A DNA stretch of 64,000 nt from Chrysomallon squamiferum (taxonomy: Eukaryota > Animalia > Mollusca), in contig CM022665.1 in assembly GCA_012295275.1 (NCBI GenBank), positions 19,282,001 through 19,346,000 on the forward strand. Reading direction: 5' to 3'. Below are positions 1 to 13,981 of the stretch, piece by piece. Numbering within the stretch: position 1 is the first letter of the stretch; every line of letters starts with the position of its first letter. Below the pieces are notes generated by a model that worked only from the letters and a program-made list of their open reading frames with translations, was not told where the DNA came from and did not search any database. The translations under genes and the position numbers were made by a program.

Positions 1-831
1 GTGCCCGGGCTGCCTGATGCCTTCCATTTCTCCCACCCACATGCCAATCATCACCTGCACAGGATTCACTACATTTCTGCACCTCCGCGGCATCACAAAC
101 CAGCCTCTTCACCACCCAGTGAAAAAAGTAGTTCTCCAAAATCAGACAGTTTCGAAAGTAGCTCTTGTCAGGATGACCTGTCCATTAGGCCAGATGAGCC
201 GACATCATTGAGTGGCAAGTCAGACACTGCCCTGCTTGACTCGGACAATGTGGAACCCTACAAGGAAGATTCTTATGTAACCTTTTCTAAGAGCAAGCCT
301 GGGGCTCCCCATGAATACAGTTACCCCAATTTAGAACCTGTCGTGCAAAAACCACCAACTAAACGGGAGGTTAGCACGAAACGGCAACAAGCCATCACTA
401 TTCAAAATCCACCCCTACCCTTGAAACCAAACAAGCACAAAAGTCGGCACAAGACTACCGTCACCGACCAATCAGGTCGACTCCTGAACCAGCGGTCACG
501 TTGTAAGCATTGCAACGAGGTGTTCTCCCACGAGAACAACCACCGTGGCAGCTGTGAGGATGCGCCGGACGAGGTTCAGAAGTTGATCGAGTGTGTAACC
601 TGTGTTTGGTGTTCCAAATGTTTAATTTATCACTGTATGTCAGATGCCGATGGGGAGTACAGACATCCTTGTGAGTGTGACTCAAATGATGATTCCAATT
701 GTAAAAAGTGGACAGCTTTAACAATTCTGTCATTTTTCATCCCTTGTCTATGGTGCTATTGGCCTTTAACTGCATGTCACCGGTGCGGCGTCTCATGTGG
801 TTGCTGCGGCGGACGTCATGTATCAGTGTGA
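1..831 (+). CDS. SPRED: SPRED (Sprouty-related EVH1 domain protein), terminal coding exon, 5'-partial
   Basis: Open frame from the window start to TGA 829-831. Cys-rich SPR domain with SPRED-type motifs: RSRCKHC..F.HENNHRGSCEDAPD, CLIYHCMSDADG, W..L..LS...PCLWCYWPL..CH, CGCCGGRH at the C-terminus. DSYVTFSK resembles the SPRED KBD-region motif. The EVH1 exons lie upstream of the window. Confidence 0.93.
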   Translation: MPGLPDAFHFSHPHANHHLHRIHYISAPPRHHKPASSPPSEKSSSPKSDSFESSSCQDDLSIRPDEPTSLSGKSDTALLDSDNVEPYKEDSYVTFSKSKPGAPHEYSYPNLEPVVQKPPTKREVSTKRQQAITIQNPPLPLKPNKHKSRHKTTVTDQSGRLLNQRSRCKHCNEVFSHENNHRGSCEDAPDEVQKLIECVTCVWCSKCLIYHCMSDADGEYRHPCECDSNDDSNCKKWTALTILSFFIPCLWCYWPLTACHRCGVSCGCCGGRHVSV

Positions 832-3800
832 CCACATTATATATAGATACAGATGTAGCTAGATACACAGACACATGCATACTTATACCTACATATATAC
901 ACAAGTACACATATATATAAATATGCACAGGATTTCGCCTTTATTCATGGTAGCATAACTTGTAGAAAAACATCATTTGAGATGAAGAATAACAGCAAGG
1001 GAATTGTGGACAGCCACTGCAGCAGAGGCAGTACTGGAATTCAGTACAGAAGGAAATGTATGCTTGGAAGCAATTCATGTTGTTAAAGTTAGATGTCTGT
1101 ACAAGGGAGACAACTAAAATGTTGGTTGCTGCAGGGAATTGACTGCTAAAGCACTGTGTAAGCTTGTTTGAAAGGACAGATTGCAGAAGACAATAGGAGA
1201 ATCCATAATTTTGGTTGCAAGGGTAAAAATGATTTCTGACATATTACAACCTGCTATGTGAATGGCACAGCTAGTCAAGTCATTTTGTGATGAACAGAAT
1301 AGAGACTTCTAGTGGCAAAGAGCACAACGCTTCCCACATAACTATGTCTGTATGTGTGCATGTGTATGTGCATACATGCATGTATGTATGCATAAGCACT
1401 ACAATAGCATGTAGTTGAATGGGGAAGCTTTGCCCTTAGATATATAAAGAAAACAAAACAATAGTTGATGTATTTTATGTGGTATTCATGTCAGTATTAG
1501 CAATGGTGTAAACAATGGCTCACTTTTCATCATATTCAGCTTTGAAGAAATTACTGACAGATTGAAGTCTTACAGTATTTTTACATAACAATTAAGTTGA
1601 AACTGATCATAGTTCAGTTCATAATTCATAATCTGACATGATTTTCAACCCTGATCAAGAACCAGAGAAAGAATTCTGCTCAGAATTTTAGAAAATAGGT
1701 TTTGTCTTAAAATTTAATAAAGTTTCTTTCCCTCCACTAATTCTTTACTAAACAAAAAATTAGCTAATTAAATATTTCTTGGCAGTAAAACAGGTAGTAT
1801 CAACCAACTAGTAAAATAATGAAAGGTATCAGTCATGAGTAAAACAATACACATACGTACAAGCCACCATTGAATAGTAAACCATATCAATCACTGATAA
1901 CAATCTACACCACTAGTAAATAGCAACTGTATTAACTACTAGTAAATAACAAATGGTATCATACACAGGTATCTGGTTAATAAGTATAACAAAATACCAG
2001 TCATTGGTATTACATTGTTAAAATAGTTTTTTTCAATCCTACGAATATATAGAAAAGTGAGCACACTGTTAACACCTAAATTTAAGAAAGAAGGGTAATT
2101 AACAAGGTAGATTATTGTTGACCCCCCCCCACCCACCCAAAACCCATTTGTTATAAATGAGGCGACCTAAATGGCATTGTTTTTCTAATGTTAACTACTA
2201 CATGTACCAGGCATTCTGGAACTTTTAGTGTAGTGTTTCTTTTTGTATTTTTTTTAACATGTTTGTTAAAACAAAGTACAAAGCATATCATGAAACCGGT
2301 TGGACGGAGATTTTTTTTTTTTTTTTTTTTTTTTTAAACTTACAATAAAGTTTCTTTTTATTTTAATAGTACGTGCTAGCAAACAGATTTAGATCTGCAC
2401 TTTGTATTTTGATATGTGTCATGGTTGCATATTCCCATGTATTTTCATTAGTTGAATTATTTATCAGTGTAAGTAGATATTCAACAAAATTAATTGTTTT
2501 ATTATTGTAGCATCTGAAAACTGTCAATATAAGAAGAGTTTAGATATATTTGAAAATTTTTGTTTCGGATGTTTCTTGATGATTTATTTTTATTTTATTT
2601 GAAAATTATTAGTGAAAATTTGACAGCTAAAGATCGCAGCATTTCTTTAAGACTATAAATACAGTACAATTGTATTAATAAAACTATTTTTGTTCAAATG
2701 ACATATCAGATCCTCAAAATTTGTTTTTCCTTTTTCTTTTTCATATAAATTGTTTTTAAATTTTTTTATGTTGTTACATGCCTTGAATTTTAAGTTAATT
2801 TTTATAAGACTTTTTGTATAAATATAATTTCACCAGTTTTTCCAGTAAAAATGAACTTGTACACCAGTTCATTTTAATGTAAGCATAGACACCATCATGC
2901 CTATTACTAAGTAGTTAAGTATGTTCTTGTTAATGTTTGCTGCTATTCTGTATGTGTTTCATACCAGAAACTGTATAACAGAAGAAAAAAAATTCATTTC
3001 ATGATTGAAATCTGTATTTATTGTTAATAGTCTTTCAAATTGTTTTTAGTGTTTTATTATTGCAAAGAAACTTAAATATCAATAAATTAACTTGTAAAAG
3101 GAAACAAAAAGAAAATAGAAGTAAATAACATATAGCTACTCTTCTAAATTATTTTGGTTTAGACACACATACTGACTGACAGAAAAACCCTATGAAAGAA
3201 AAAATATAAAAGTGGTAACAGAAAATGAATTTCTAATTTTTAAATACGGGAAATTAATTAGTGTGAAAAAATTAACATATGTATAAATGATTCAAATTTC
3301 AGTGAATAATTACTAAGCACATGCTTAAATAAATGGTAAACAAAAATAAATAATTGACTGCTAATCATTCTCAGTATTTTTAACAAATATTTTTTCAGTT
3401 CTTTAAATATAATAAGTGATGTAATATGATTTAATTAATGCATATTATTATACTGGGATGTATTTGAAAACAGAGTGAATAGATTACCATGACACATATC
3501 ATGTAAGCTACAAGTTGAACATTTTATTTGTTTTGTATGAAGCATTAATTTATCTTTGTGAGCTACAGTTGTTGTTCTTTTTTAAAGACAAAAAGAGTAA
3601 TTACTTTTGTACATGTGCATGTCATTGTGTGCCAAATAGTTTGTGGTGCATTTTTTTTCCCCTGTTCTTAAAGACAGGAGTAAAACAGCACCAAAAATGG
3701 TCTTATTTTCTGCTTTTATTTTACGTAGATTAGAAAAAGAAAAGAAATATGCATTAATTAAAGGAAATAAAAACTGCTAACTGGGGGCATTATTACTGTC

Positions 3801-5768
3801 ATTGCAGGCTCATTGTGATAGAAACAATAGATACCATATGATTTAGGTTAATATTTAAATATTTAATTTCTAGGTAACCAAAATGTGTTTAAACTGGTTA
3901 TCCCGAAAAATGGGTAACTTACCAGTAATCTGAGATTTAATTCATGTATCATGAAAAAATAAATTTCATTTAAGTTCCCAAATTTTTAATACTACCATGT
4001 ATAAATAATAACAGCAACAAAAATGACAACAAAAATAACAAAAGAAATAGGTAAATAAATTTAAATTTTTTAAAACAAAAATATACAGCAGTATCCTTTC
4101 TCGTTACAATTGCACACACAGACATAAATAATAATATTGCATGTACACATAGTGTGTAATGTTATTGCATTCAGAATGATCTGGAAATGGAGATAAAGAA
4201 CCATGGGTCTGCAGTGAAATGTTTTTGGCATGTTATCCTGGGGTCCATATCTGTGATAGCCAGCCCTCAGTTTTGGAGAAGTACTATAAAAGATAAATTA
4301 TATATTTTTTAAATTGTTAGGTTTGATATAGGAACTGGTTATTTTATGCTGATGACCAGTGTAACATACAGAAAAGAAACATACAAAAATCAGAATAATT
4401 CGGATAACTATGAAAGAAAATGTATATAAAATTGTAGAAAAATGTAATGATTTTTGTGTTTATTAAATATACATATATCCCACCAAAGTAGACATCATTC
4501 TTAGGTTGAATTTGTTGTTTCTGATAGTTATTTCATAAATGCTTACAATATAGTGTACAAACTGACATTTCATGAAATATTAAGACATTCTAAACATAGT
4601 TGTGACCACATATATTAAAAGGCAGAAGAAATCACGCCAAACTATAATTTAGATTTAGTAAAGAATACTAGAAAATATTTTTATTTTTATTTTTATTTTT
4701 TTTTGTATAAAGAATAATGGTGCATCTGTACTCATGATAATGTTTCTCTGTTCTAGGAGTAATAATATTTTCCAAATATTTTATAGTGTTCTTTACTAAT
4801 ATCATAACTACAGTTTAGTATAATTTCTTTTGGTTGTGAAAATGTATTAAAAACCACAAACATTCTACAGTGACTCCACATCCAATAATGGATTGGTTAG
4901 TGATACTATTTTATCAATAGTATTTTAGTATTATATTTAATTGCATTAAGATGTGACATTTGTGCAAAGAAAATAACCACTAATTAAGTTTTGAAAAATG
5001 ATGCACAAAGGTAAATTTTGTGTCTAATTTGTATCTGCATGTATGTTACACTGGCCATGTCAGTGACAGGTGCAATTTTTAAATAAAGTATTTTCTTTGA
5101 GAATATTTTAATTTTAATTTGTAATGTTTTAATATGTTGAAGACAATATTACAGTCTTATCTTTGAAATTTTGAAGAAAAATAAGTGTAAAGTAATGTCT
5201 TTGTTAAGTATCATAATTTAATACCTGATTGACGTTTGTCCAACAAAACTTTTCTTATCACATAATTTTATAATGTGATGTTCTATGTTAGTTTTTATCA
5301 CAAATTATATTTTTATTTAAAAATGATTTATTTCATTTCAATAACTGTCTTCTTCATAAGTCTTTGCACAGTAATCATCATCATCATCATCATCATCATC
5401 ATTTATTACATTTGTATTTCTTATGAGACTTTATTTTAAATTAAAAATATCTTGTTAACAAACGACCACTAATCTGTGGTCAAAGGTCATTTCACCTCTA
5501 GTATAAATTAAACTCTGTTTCTAAGAGCAACCTACCTACTGTTAAAGATTTCTCTGTCAGTGTAATTGTAATGTTTACATATAACAAAGGTTACATTGAT
5601 GTGCCATATTTCAAGTTTATTAACCTACATGCATCTTTAATCATGTATATTATGTATGTTTGGGTGAATAATAGAACTGGTTAATTCAAGCATTTATTTG
5701 CAATATTAACAGAATTTTTATAACTTACACTATTGTAATATTTTTATTTTTTTTTTTTTTTTTTTTAT

Positions 5769-5824
5769 TAAGTAATCAGGTGTTAAAATGAGTGTGTGTG
5801 TGTTTGTGTGTGTATGTGTATCTG

Positions 5825-5865
<41 letters not shown>

Positions 5866-5892
5866 TATCTCATTTTAACACCTGATTACTTA
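5769..5892. repeat. Inverted repeat with perfect 24-bp arms enclosing (TG)n and (CA)n
   Basis: taagtaatcaggtgttaaaatgag (5769-5792) is the exact reverse complement of ctcattttaacacctgattactta (5869-5892). The inner TG and CA tracts can also pair. Confidence 0.9.
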
Positions 5893-8356
5893 CTTAAAAA
5901 ATGTGTGTGTGTGTTTGTGTCTGTATATATATATATAGATACATACATACACACACATTAGATAATCTGTATATGTATATGTTAAAGTGAGATAACTATA
6001 TATGTATAATATGTTAAATGAGATGTCTTGCCTATTCTTAAAATGTTTATGAGAATTTCTGTTGGCTACTTCATAGGTAATTTTATTTGATAAAATGAAG
6101 GGTCACACTGAAATAAAAACCATGTGGTATCTACATATTTATATGGTTTTTGTGGTTATATAAAAATGTGCATGTTACAAATACAGTTAATTTTTGTTAT
6201 GAATGAAAATGTGCAAATTATGAATATTCATACCTGTATAATGAACATTTGTACGAAAAACTGTTTAATAGCAAATCCAGTGATCCACATAAACTTTCTG
6301 TCCCAGAGTTTTGTGTTACTTTTTATTGAGGTAATTCATTCAGAATTACTTCTGTTTTATCCCTCTTCCCTGTCACCTGCACACACACACACACACACTT
6401 TCAAGACACCCATACAAACAGCCACTCAATAATTGTATGAACAAACCATTTTATTCACAAGAAATATTAAAACTAATTCAGATTTAAAATAAGGTACAAC
6501 CTGGGCAGTTCCATTAAGAAGGGTTAGAGGTTATTCCAAATGTAGTTCCATGTCCACAAGAGATAGTAGCAAGTCCACTGCTGTAATGATCTTGATACAG
6601 AGGTGATGACTTAAATAAACACAAATATTCAAATTGTACCAAAGACAACAGTGTATTCTTTATTGTTTTACTTTGATGTCACACAGCATGACTATCAAGC
6701 TGAAGTCCAAATTATTACTAACAGTTTCATATCCTGGTGCATTTTTAGACAATTATGACAATGGAAACATTTTTTGCAAGTTAAAGAAGTAGATAGTTTT
6801 GTGTAATTTCTCTTTCATTAGATATTTTAACATAAAATCTTTTTCTTGAATCTGGTGATAATACGTTTTCAAGAACAGCAGGAAAAACTAAATTCATAAT
6901 CTTTATTTTGAAAGATGTTACATCATGAATTGGAACTGAAATGAAAAAAATGAAGTACTGAGGAATTGTCGGTAAAATATTTTGAATCTGTCGTCTAATG
7001 GTGATTAGTGAAAGCTTTTGTGTTAAAGACTGAATAACTAAGTATAAAGACCTTTCTTGACTTACAAGAATCAAACCTTTGGTATTGCACCCACTTTTTC
7101 CTGAGACAGATAGTATGTGTGATGGATTTTATAGTTTTCTTTCCTCATTCAAATACAATTAATGTAATTTCAAGACTTATTTTTTAACTTTGCCTTGGAC
7201 AGAGCTAAGATAAATAGAAAGAAAATTTTTAATTTTTTTGTGTCTGATGTTACGTTGACTGATCACATTGTTTTAAATCCAGTCTTTGGGTATCTACTTC
7301 CATATTCTTTAAACTGTTCTACAGACATTATAAATTAAGTAAAATGAAGTACGAAAGCCAATTTGGTGTGGGTGATTTGAGAAGCTTAATATTCCTATTT
7401 TCAGAAGTCTAGCTTTGAAATTACATATGTGTTGATGTCAGAACATTGGCAGTACAACTGAACAGGAGATATATTTTCTGTATTTTCAATGATTATTTTG
7501 AAACATGAAATGTCAGAGTAGATGGAATGTGACATGCAACTATTGTAACCAATGACATTAAGTAACAAAATTACTTTAAAAAATAATAATAACAAATAAA
7601 AAATAATTTGAGATATTTTGTAAACATGGACAAAAATCCTCAGGACTTTAAATAATTTTGTTTGCCAGAAGCCCTCTGTGAACCTTACAGTTCAAATGCA
7701 ACAAGCAGGAAAGAAGCATGTGTGAACCCCCAGCTAGTTAAGACACTACACTTACCGGCTGCTTTGTACAGATAGTATAAACTGCTCCCACTTGAGGGGA
7801 TGGAAGAAGAAAGATCAATAAACTGGGTAGTTCACTCTGTAGGCCATGTGCAGGTTATTTGAATTAAAAATTAATCTTAACATGCTTTGACATCTTCTAT
7901 GTTTTATTATATACAACTGATCTTTTAAAATGTAACCAAAAGTTGTGGAATGTGATGTCCTGTAAGTTGTTAAATATTATCAAATATGTCACATTTCTAT
8001 TATTCATTTAATGACTTTATTTATAAAACTAATAAAATAAAAATGCAAAAGCATAATAAATCAAGTAATCTGTGATAGCAGCTTAATTAAAAATATTTAT
8101 TTTCGTATTCCAAATTAGAGGTTTATAAAAAAAAAAAAAAAAAAAAAAAAATTGAATTTATAATTTGTTAGGTTAATGTTAATGTAACATTGTGGGATAA
8201 TGTAAAACATTTCATGCATTGTTGGAATAGTCCCAAGAACACATTAAAAATGCTTTAAACTTCGCCGTATCAACATTATTTAACATAGAATTATTTTTGA
8301 AAAGATGAAAAACAATAACAAGAAAAAATATAATTTCTACACTTATCTCCAGCTCC

Positions 8357-8400
<44 letters not shown>

Positions 8401-8831
8401 ACCATATTAATAATAAACTGAACAGTTGGATCGAAAAATAATATAAAACTAAAATTAGCAAAGGAAGGGTATCAACTTTAATTTAATTATTATTTTCTAT
8501 TTAATCTAATGCTGAGACTTAGAGCCTATTAGCTTATCATAATAATAATAATAACAAAACAACAACAATAATAATAGTAGTAGTAGTAGTAGTACTAGTA
8601 ACAATAGTAGTAGTTGTGATGGTGATGATGAATTAATGACATCCCAGTGCAAAAACACATATATGTCAATAAATAAATAAATACAATTACAGCAACTACT
8701 ACTACCACCACTAATACAACTATTACTATTACTACCACCACCACTAATAATAATAATAAGGTAGTTGATGACGATTATGACAATTATGATAACTGTTCCA
8801 ATATTCTTGAGATTTTATGGGATCCGTTTCA

Positions 8832-8867
<36 letters not shown>

Positions 8868-11119
8868 TATTGTTGATGATGGTCCAAAACAGCCTGCATA
8901 TTATCCCTTCTTCATTGCAGATATAACCAGACCTTCACGTCCTATCCTATAGGACATTAATGTTCAACTGAGGACAGAATTTGGGGAATAGGTCCCATAG
9001 GATACAGTGGATCTCATTTCAGAGCTATCAATTATTTGTTTGAAAACGACGCCAAAAAAAAAAACAAAAACCTGTAAAACGTTACAACCAAATAATCTGT
9101 TTAGAAATCTTTTAATAATGGGTTGTTGTTGTGTTTTTTTGGGGGGGGGTTAACGTATATTCTACTGTATTATTTAAAGATATTTCAAGAAGTGGACAAC
9201 AACTTTTACAACTGTTTATCAACATCAGACTGCGTAGTATCGAACTATATTTGTCCTACTCTAAGGTCAAAAATATTTTTATTCAGATCGTCAGTGTTGG
9301 CTAAATGCTACCTTTGTTCATTTATTTTGCAATTACTATAAATAGTAGCAAAATATAGTAACTAGAACAATTTCTGTATGTTTGGTCACTATGTTTAGGA
9401 CAGAACTATTTTACACACACAAACACAAACACAAACACACACACACACACACACACCAAACCAAATGGAATTAATTCGAAAGAAAACTGCTTGTGAATTA
9501 TCATGTATTTATTCTTAGTTTCGAATATTCTAAAAATATCTGCTAGCGAAATTAATTTTCTCAAGAGAGTTGTGGATACCAAACTTTTCTCATTAGCATC
9601 AACCATTCAGTGATCAGTACTGGTCACCTTCGTCGAAACGTAAAAGTTAACTTTGTTTAAATTTGTCTCCGATCATGTGCTTTTTCGTGCCTTTTAAAGT
9701 TTCGTGGAACTGGAGCAGCTGATAAAGGTATTTCAGTAGATTTAGACTGCAATAGTTAAATACATTTCGAATTGTGAGTAATGTAACGTAAGAAGAAGGT
9801 ACCAAAAGAAAGAAAGTTGTGTGGTATTCGTTTATCAGTATATCCTTATTTCTTGCATTACGTTTGTTAACCTCTCCGGCTTTGTTTGTTTGTTTGTCTT
9901 TCTCAATAAAAATACATTAATTCTTTCTCTCTACATTATTCTAAGGAGTAAAAGAATGTTAATTATTATCATCGATGTTAACCATTCCCCTGATTCAAAC
10001 ATACAGCACAATTTTCAATTTTATTAAAACAAATGTCTGTAGTATCATTTATCCGTTTCACTGTAAAACATTGTTATAATAAGATTATACTGAACGTGTG
10101 ATTTCTTATAACAGTATGGATTTTATTGTCCATTAAAAAGAACATAAGTCGATAAAGTCAATTTTACTAATGTTTCTTTCACTGACCGATAAATATAACA
10201 ATTTATTGTATTTAAATTTTGTTTTACAAATAATTATAATACTTATGGGAAATCATTATGATAAACAACAGGTTTTTTTTAGAACAAAAAACAAAATAAA
10301 ACAAATAAAATAATCGCAACAAAATAATAAATAAATAAATATAAAAACAGATTGTGATAATAGAGCATTAAAAAGAAATAACATTTAAAATAAATAAGTT
10401 TAGAACTAATTATGGTTCAGATTAAATGTATAATGATTTTAAATTTGTTAACGATCATCATTATTCTGAAGTAAAAAAAAACGGTTTATTGAGTTCTGTA
10501 ATATAAATCTTCTTATTGTGTCCATTGTCCTCACAAACTATTACAGTGACGATGTATAAATATATTTATATAAAGAGAATGGAATACAAAGACAAAAGCT
10601 TGGAATACAATAAGAAGAACATTTATAAAAGGAAAGTAAACGACTGCTACATCCTGTAGTTGTAATTAAGGTAGCTGCATACATCAATTACACTTATAAA
10701 GAAAACAGCGAGTACATCTGGTCTAAATATCCAGTTTCCGATATTATTTTCAGTTAAGTATTTAATCACGTCGAGTTAAATGAAACTCGAATCACATTAC
10801 ACTACTTGGTAATTTACTTTAGTGTCCTGGCAGTCCTGAGTTCGCGTCTAAAACAAATAAAAAATATCGATATGCTCGTGGTTTGTTTTCAGAGAGATCG
10901 TCTTATATGTATCTTGACTGAGACATTGTAGAACACTAAACAAACAATTCGATCAACGCTGTCGTAATATTCCTTCTTAGATTAAATTTAAGTACGTGTA
11001 TTTAATAACTGAGTAAATTCTGATCTTGAATTTCTTACATTTTAAATGAAGTGAACTCGTTTAGATAATAATGGACACAGATATTAGAAAATATTTAAAT
11101 TAATTTTCAAGAAGAATAC

Positions 11120-11159
<40 letters not shown>

Positions 11160-12147
11160 TAGACACATACATTCATACATACATATTGTGACAAAAAAAT
11201 CTACAGTATTTTCTATTTAGCCATAAAAAGCTAAAATTAAACAGCACATTTTTTCTTATTAGGTTAGGATGAAGTGATGCAGCCGGTCATGTGCTCTTCA
11301 TTAACTTCCATTAAAAAAAAAAATCCTTCTCTTCTCAGAGAAAAAAGTGACAAACAAAGCGGTTCGTTTACTTAGATTTGTTTTATTGTTTTCTTCATGA
11401 TTTTAGTAAAATTCATATATATATATAGCATCAAAATGTTTCATTGTTGAAATCGACACAGTTCGTTCAGCAGAACTGTTTGTGATGATTATGACGTCTT
11501 TTATTATGACTTACAGATGGTTTATAAATATCTTTACCCCAGAAATTACAACATTATTTTACAGTTTATAAAAGATGGTTTGTCGAAAATAAACCTTCAC
11601 TATCATTTTGATCACTCTTACGGACATTACATCTTTTTTGAATATTCGTGGACACATCCACTCCATTATTTAAATAAAACTAAAATATTATATTTTCTTT
11701 TGGAAAAGCTACAAGTCTGTTCATCAAAGTGCTTTATACTCATGCACAGGATAATATTGCTCAGAAGCTTTACATAATGACTGGATTCACAACGTTTGGT
11801 TTCTTGGCCTATACAGTGTTTAGAGTTAGAGAAAAGTTCGAATATTCAGTGATACAAATGGTGCTTATTTAATCTTCAGTGAATGCAAAAGAACGGCATC
11901 AAGATCATTTAATGCTTGAAAAAAAACAAAACAACTACCAAAAAAAAAAAAAAAAAAAAACCCCGTCGAAAATAGAAACAACAACAACACGTTAAACTGA
12001 AAATCACTTTTATACGATCTGTATAAAATCAACGTATCTCGAGTATAGCATGGATAGATGTTTATTTCAGAAGATTACTTGTTTAAGTAAATAAAATATA
12101 CATAATAGTTTTCTTTTCTTTCTTTTTAAATATATATATATAGAGAG

Positions 12148-12171
12148 AGATAGATAGATAGATAGATATAG

Positions 12172-12222
<51 letters not shown>
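12148..12222. repeat. (GATA)n microsatellite
   Basis: Direct reading. Confidence 0.95.
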
Positions 12223-12223
<1 letters not shown>

Positions 12224-12533
12224 CTTTTTATAATAAATGTATAAGGTTCTTATATAAAATTTATAAATAAATAGTTTATATTCCCATCAAAAGAAATAAA
12301 CTTTATTTATGTTACTTTTTGTTTATTGGTATACATACTATTGGATGAACAATTACATAATGAATAAATTGCAAGTGCATTTGATTCCGTTATTCTTCTT
12401 TCTTTTTTAATTATTTCTTTCATGAAAAGTGTGGAATTTCGTTGTCGTGAATGTTCGTTTACTTATACAATGACAAACAGATGGCTGATTTATTACTATT
12501 TTAATATTTTGGTTTTATACAAAACTGTAGAGC

Positions 12534-13018
12534 CATCATCATCATCATAATGCAGTTCTAGTGACTTGTTACTGGGCGAAAGTTTCATTGTGTTGTTTTC
12601 GTATCTTCTTGTCTTTTCCTGCTGGTTCCTTTCCAGTCTGGTCTTCCTGTAGACAGTCTCCTTTCATGTTGATTCCAAATGGTGACACGCGATGTCCATC
12701 GGTTATCTGTTATTCTACTCGTACGTCTTGACCAAGTCCACTTCCGTCTTCTAACCAGTTCAGTAATATATGTGACTTTTGTTTTCTCTTCTACCCAGGT
12801 ATCTGGTTTTCGGTCACAGTATGCGACGTTTAACATATTATATCTTTCCATCTTTGTCGGGCAGCTGCTAGTTTGTTCCTTGCTTCTTTAGTTAGTATCC
12901 ATGTTTTCACACCGTCTGTGTTTGCTGGAATTATTCCTGAGTTATACACTTGTATTTCCAAGGAACTTCCGAAGTTTTATCTACAATGTCCCAAATAGAC
13001 GATTGTTATTTTTTATTT

Positions 13019-13049
<31 letters not shown>

Positions 13050-13660
13050 CATGTTGTTGACATATATTGGAGGTCATTTTCTAACATAAGTTTTGCCTTA
13101 GACCTGGTCATTTTCAGTCCTCGATCTGCACCTTTTTCGTTGACCTGTGTAAACTGTCTTGTTGTCCGTACGGTGAAACCGTATGACTTTCCACTGAATC
13201 GAAAGCCTTCACTTACTTTTAATGTATCGATATTTCTATGGTCATTTTACATATTTGTTAGCACTGCTTCCACTTCCTACGGTGTTACATAGGATACGTC
13301 TTTCAGGTTATTATGAATTAGGGTCCTCTGTTCATTGTCCTGCAGCTCTGTGTAGAAAGCCTCTGTTCAGTCTATGATCACATCTTGATCTTGGATTTCC
13401 TTACCCTGCCTGTCTATCAGTGTAATCAGTCTGTCTTGGCCAAAGGATCCGAGCTCTTCCAACTTTCCTCAAGCTGTTTGATGCTGAAATCATTTTTCAT
13501 TTGATTTCTTTGTTGTTCTTCCTAATTGATTACTCCATTTGAACGTTTCCATATCTCTCAGCGCCCTGCTTTATATTTGAAATATGCTAAACTGAACGAT
13601 GTACATTCATGTTGCCCATTCTACCAATGTATCATCTCTGTCTTTACTCGTTCTTAGCCC
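12534..13660 (-). mobile_element. Degenerate RTE-clade non-LTR retrotransposon fragment
   Basis: Minus ORF 12585-12851 (MERYNML...DRKPDTWVEEKTKVTYITELVRRRKWTW...DNRWTSRVTIW...GRP) matches the typical RTE C-terminal region (MER.ML...DR....IR.RTKV.DI......KW.WAGH...D.RW...GRP). An RT motif remnant KAFDSV lies near 13191-13210 (-). A (ATG)n-like tail lies at 12534-12550. Many stops and deletions. Confidence 0.75.
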
Positions 13661-13741
13661 AAATTTCCCTAATGCTGTTTTCTTATTTTTTACTTTTTTA
13701 TTATTATTTTTTTTTAAATTATTTTTATTTATTTATTTTTT

Positions 13742-13782
<41 letters not shown>

Positions 13783-13941
13783 TGTTTTATGTTTTATTTT
13801 ATTATTATCATTATTTTTTTTTGTTTTTTTTTTTTTTTTTTTGCTTATGATAAACCAATATATTAAAATACTAATTTGTAACTATAAAGGTTAAAATGAC
13901 AAATAAAGCAGGGATAAAGAATCTCAAGACAGTAACTACTT

Positions 13942-13981
<40 letters not shown>

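Noticed and set aside
8127-8400. Long poly-A runs read as retrocopy tails
   Set aside because: Such runs occur throughout the window; no TSDs or associated processed ORF.
9600-9700. Possible Penelope-associated hammerhead ribozyme near gtcgaaacg
   Set aside because: No intact CTGANGA core or convincing stems could be found.
10795-10950. Possible tRNA-derived SINE or tRNA gene (B-box-like gagttcgcgtc)
   Set aside because: No cloverleaf and no clear second copy in the window; too degenerate to call.
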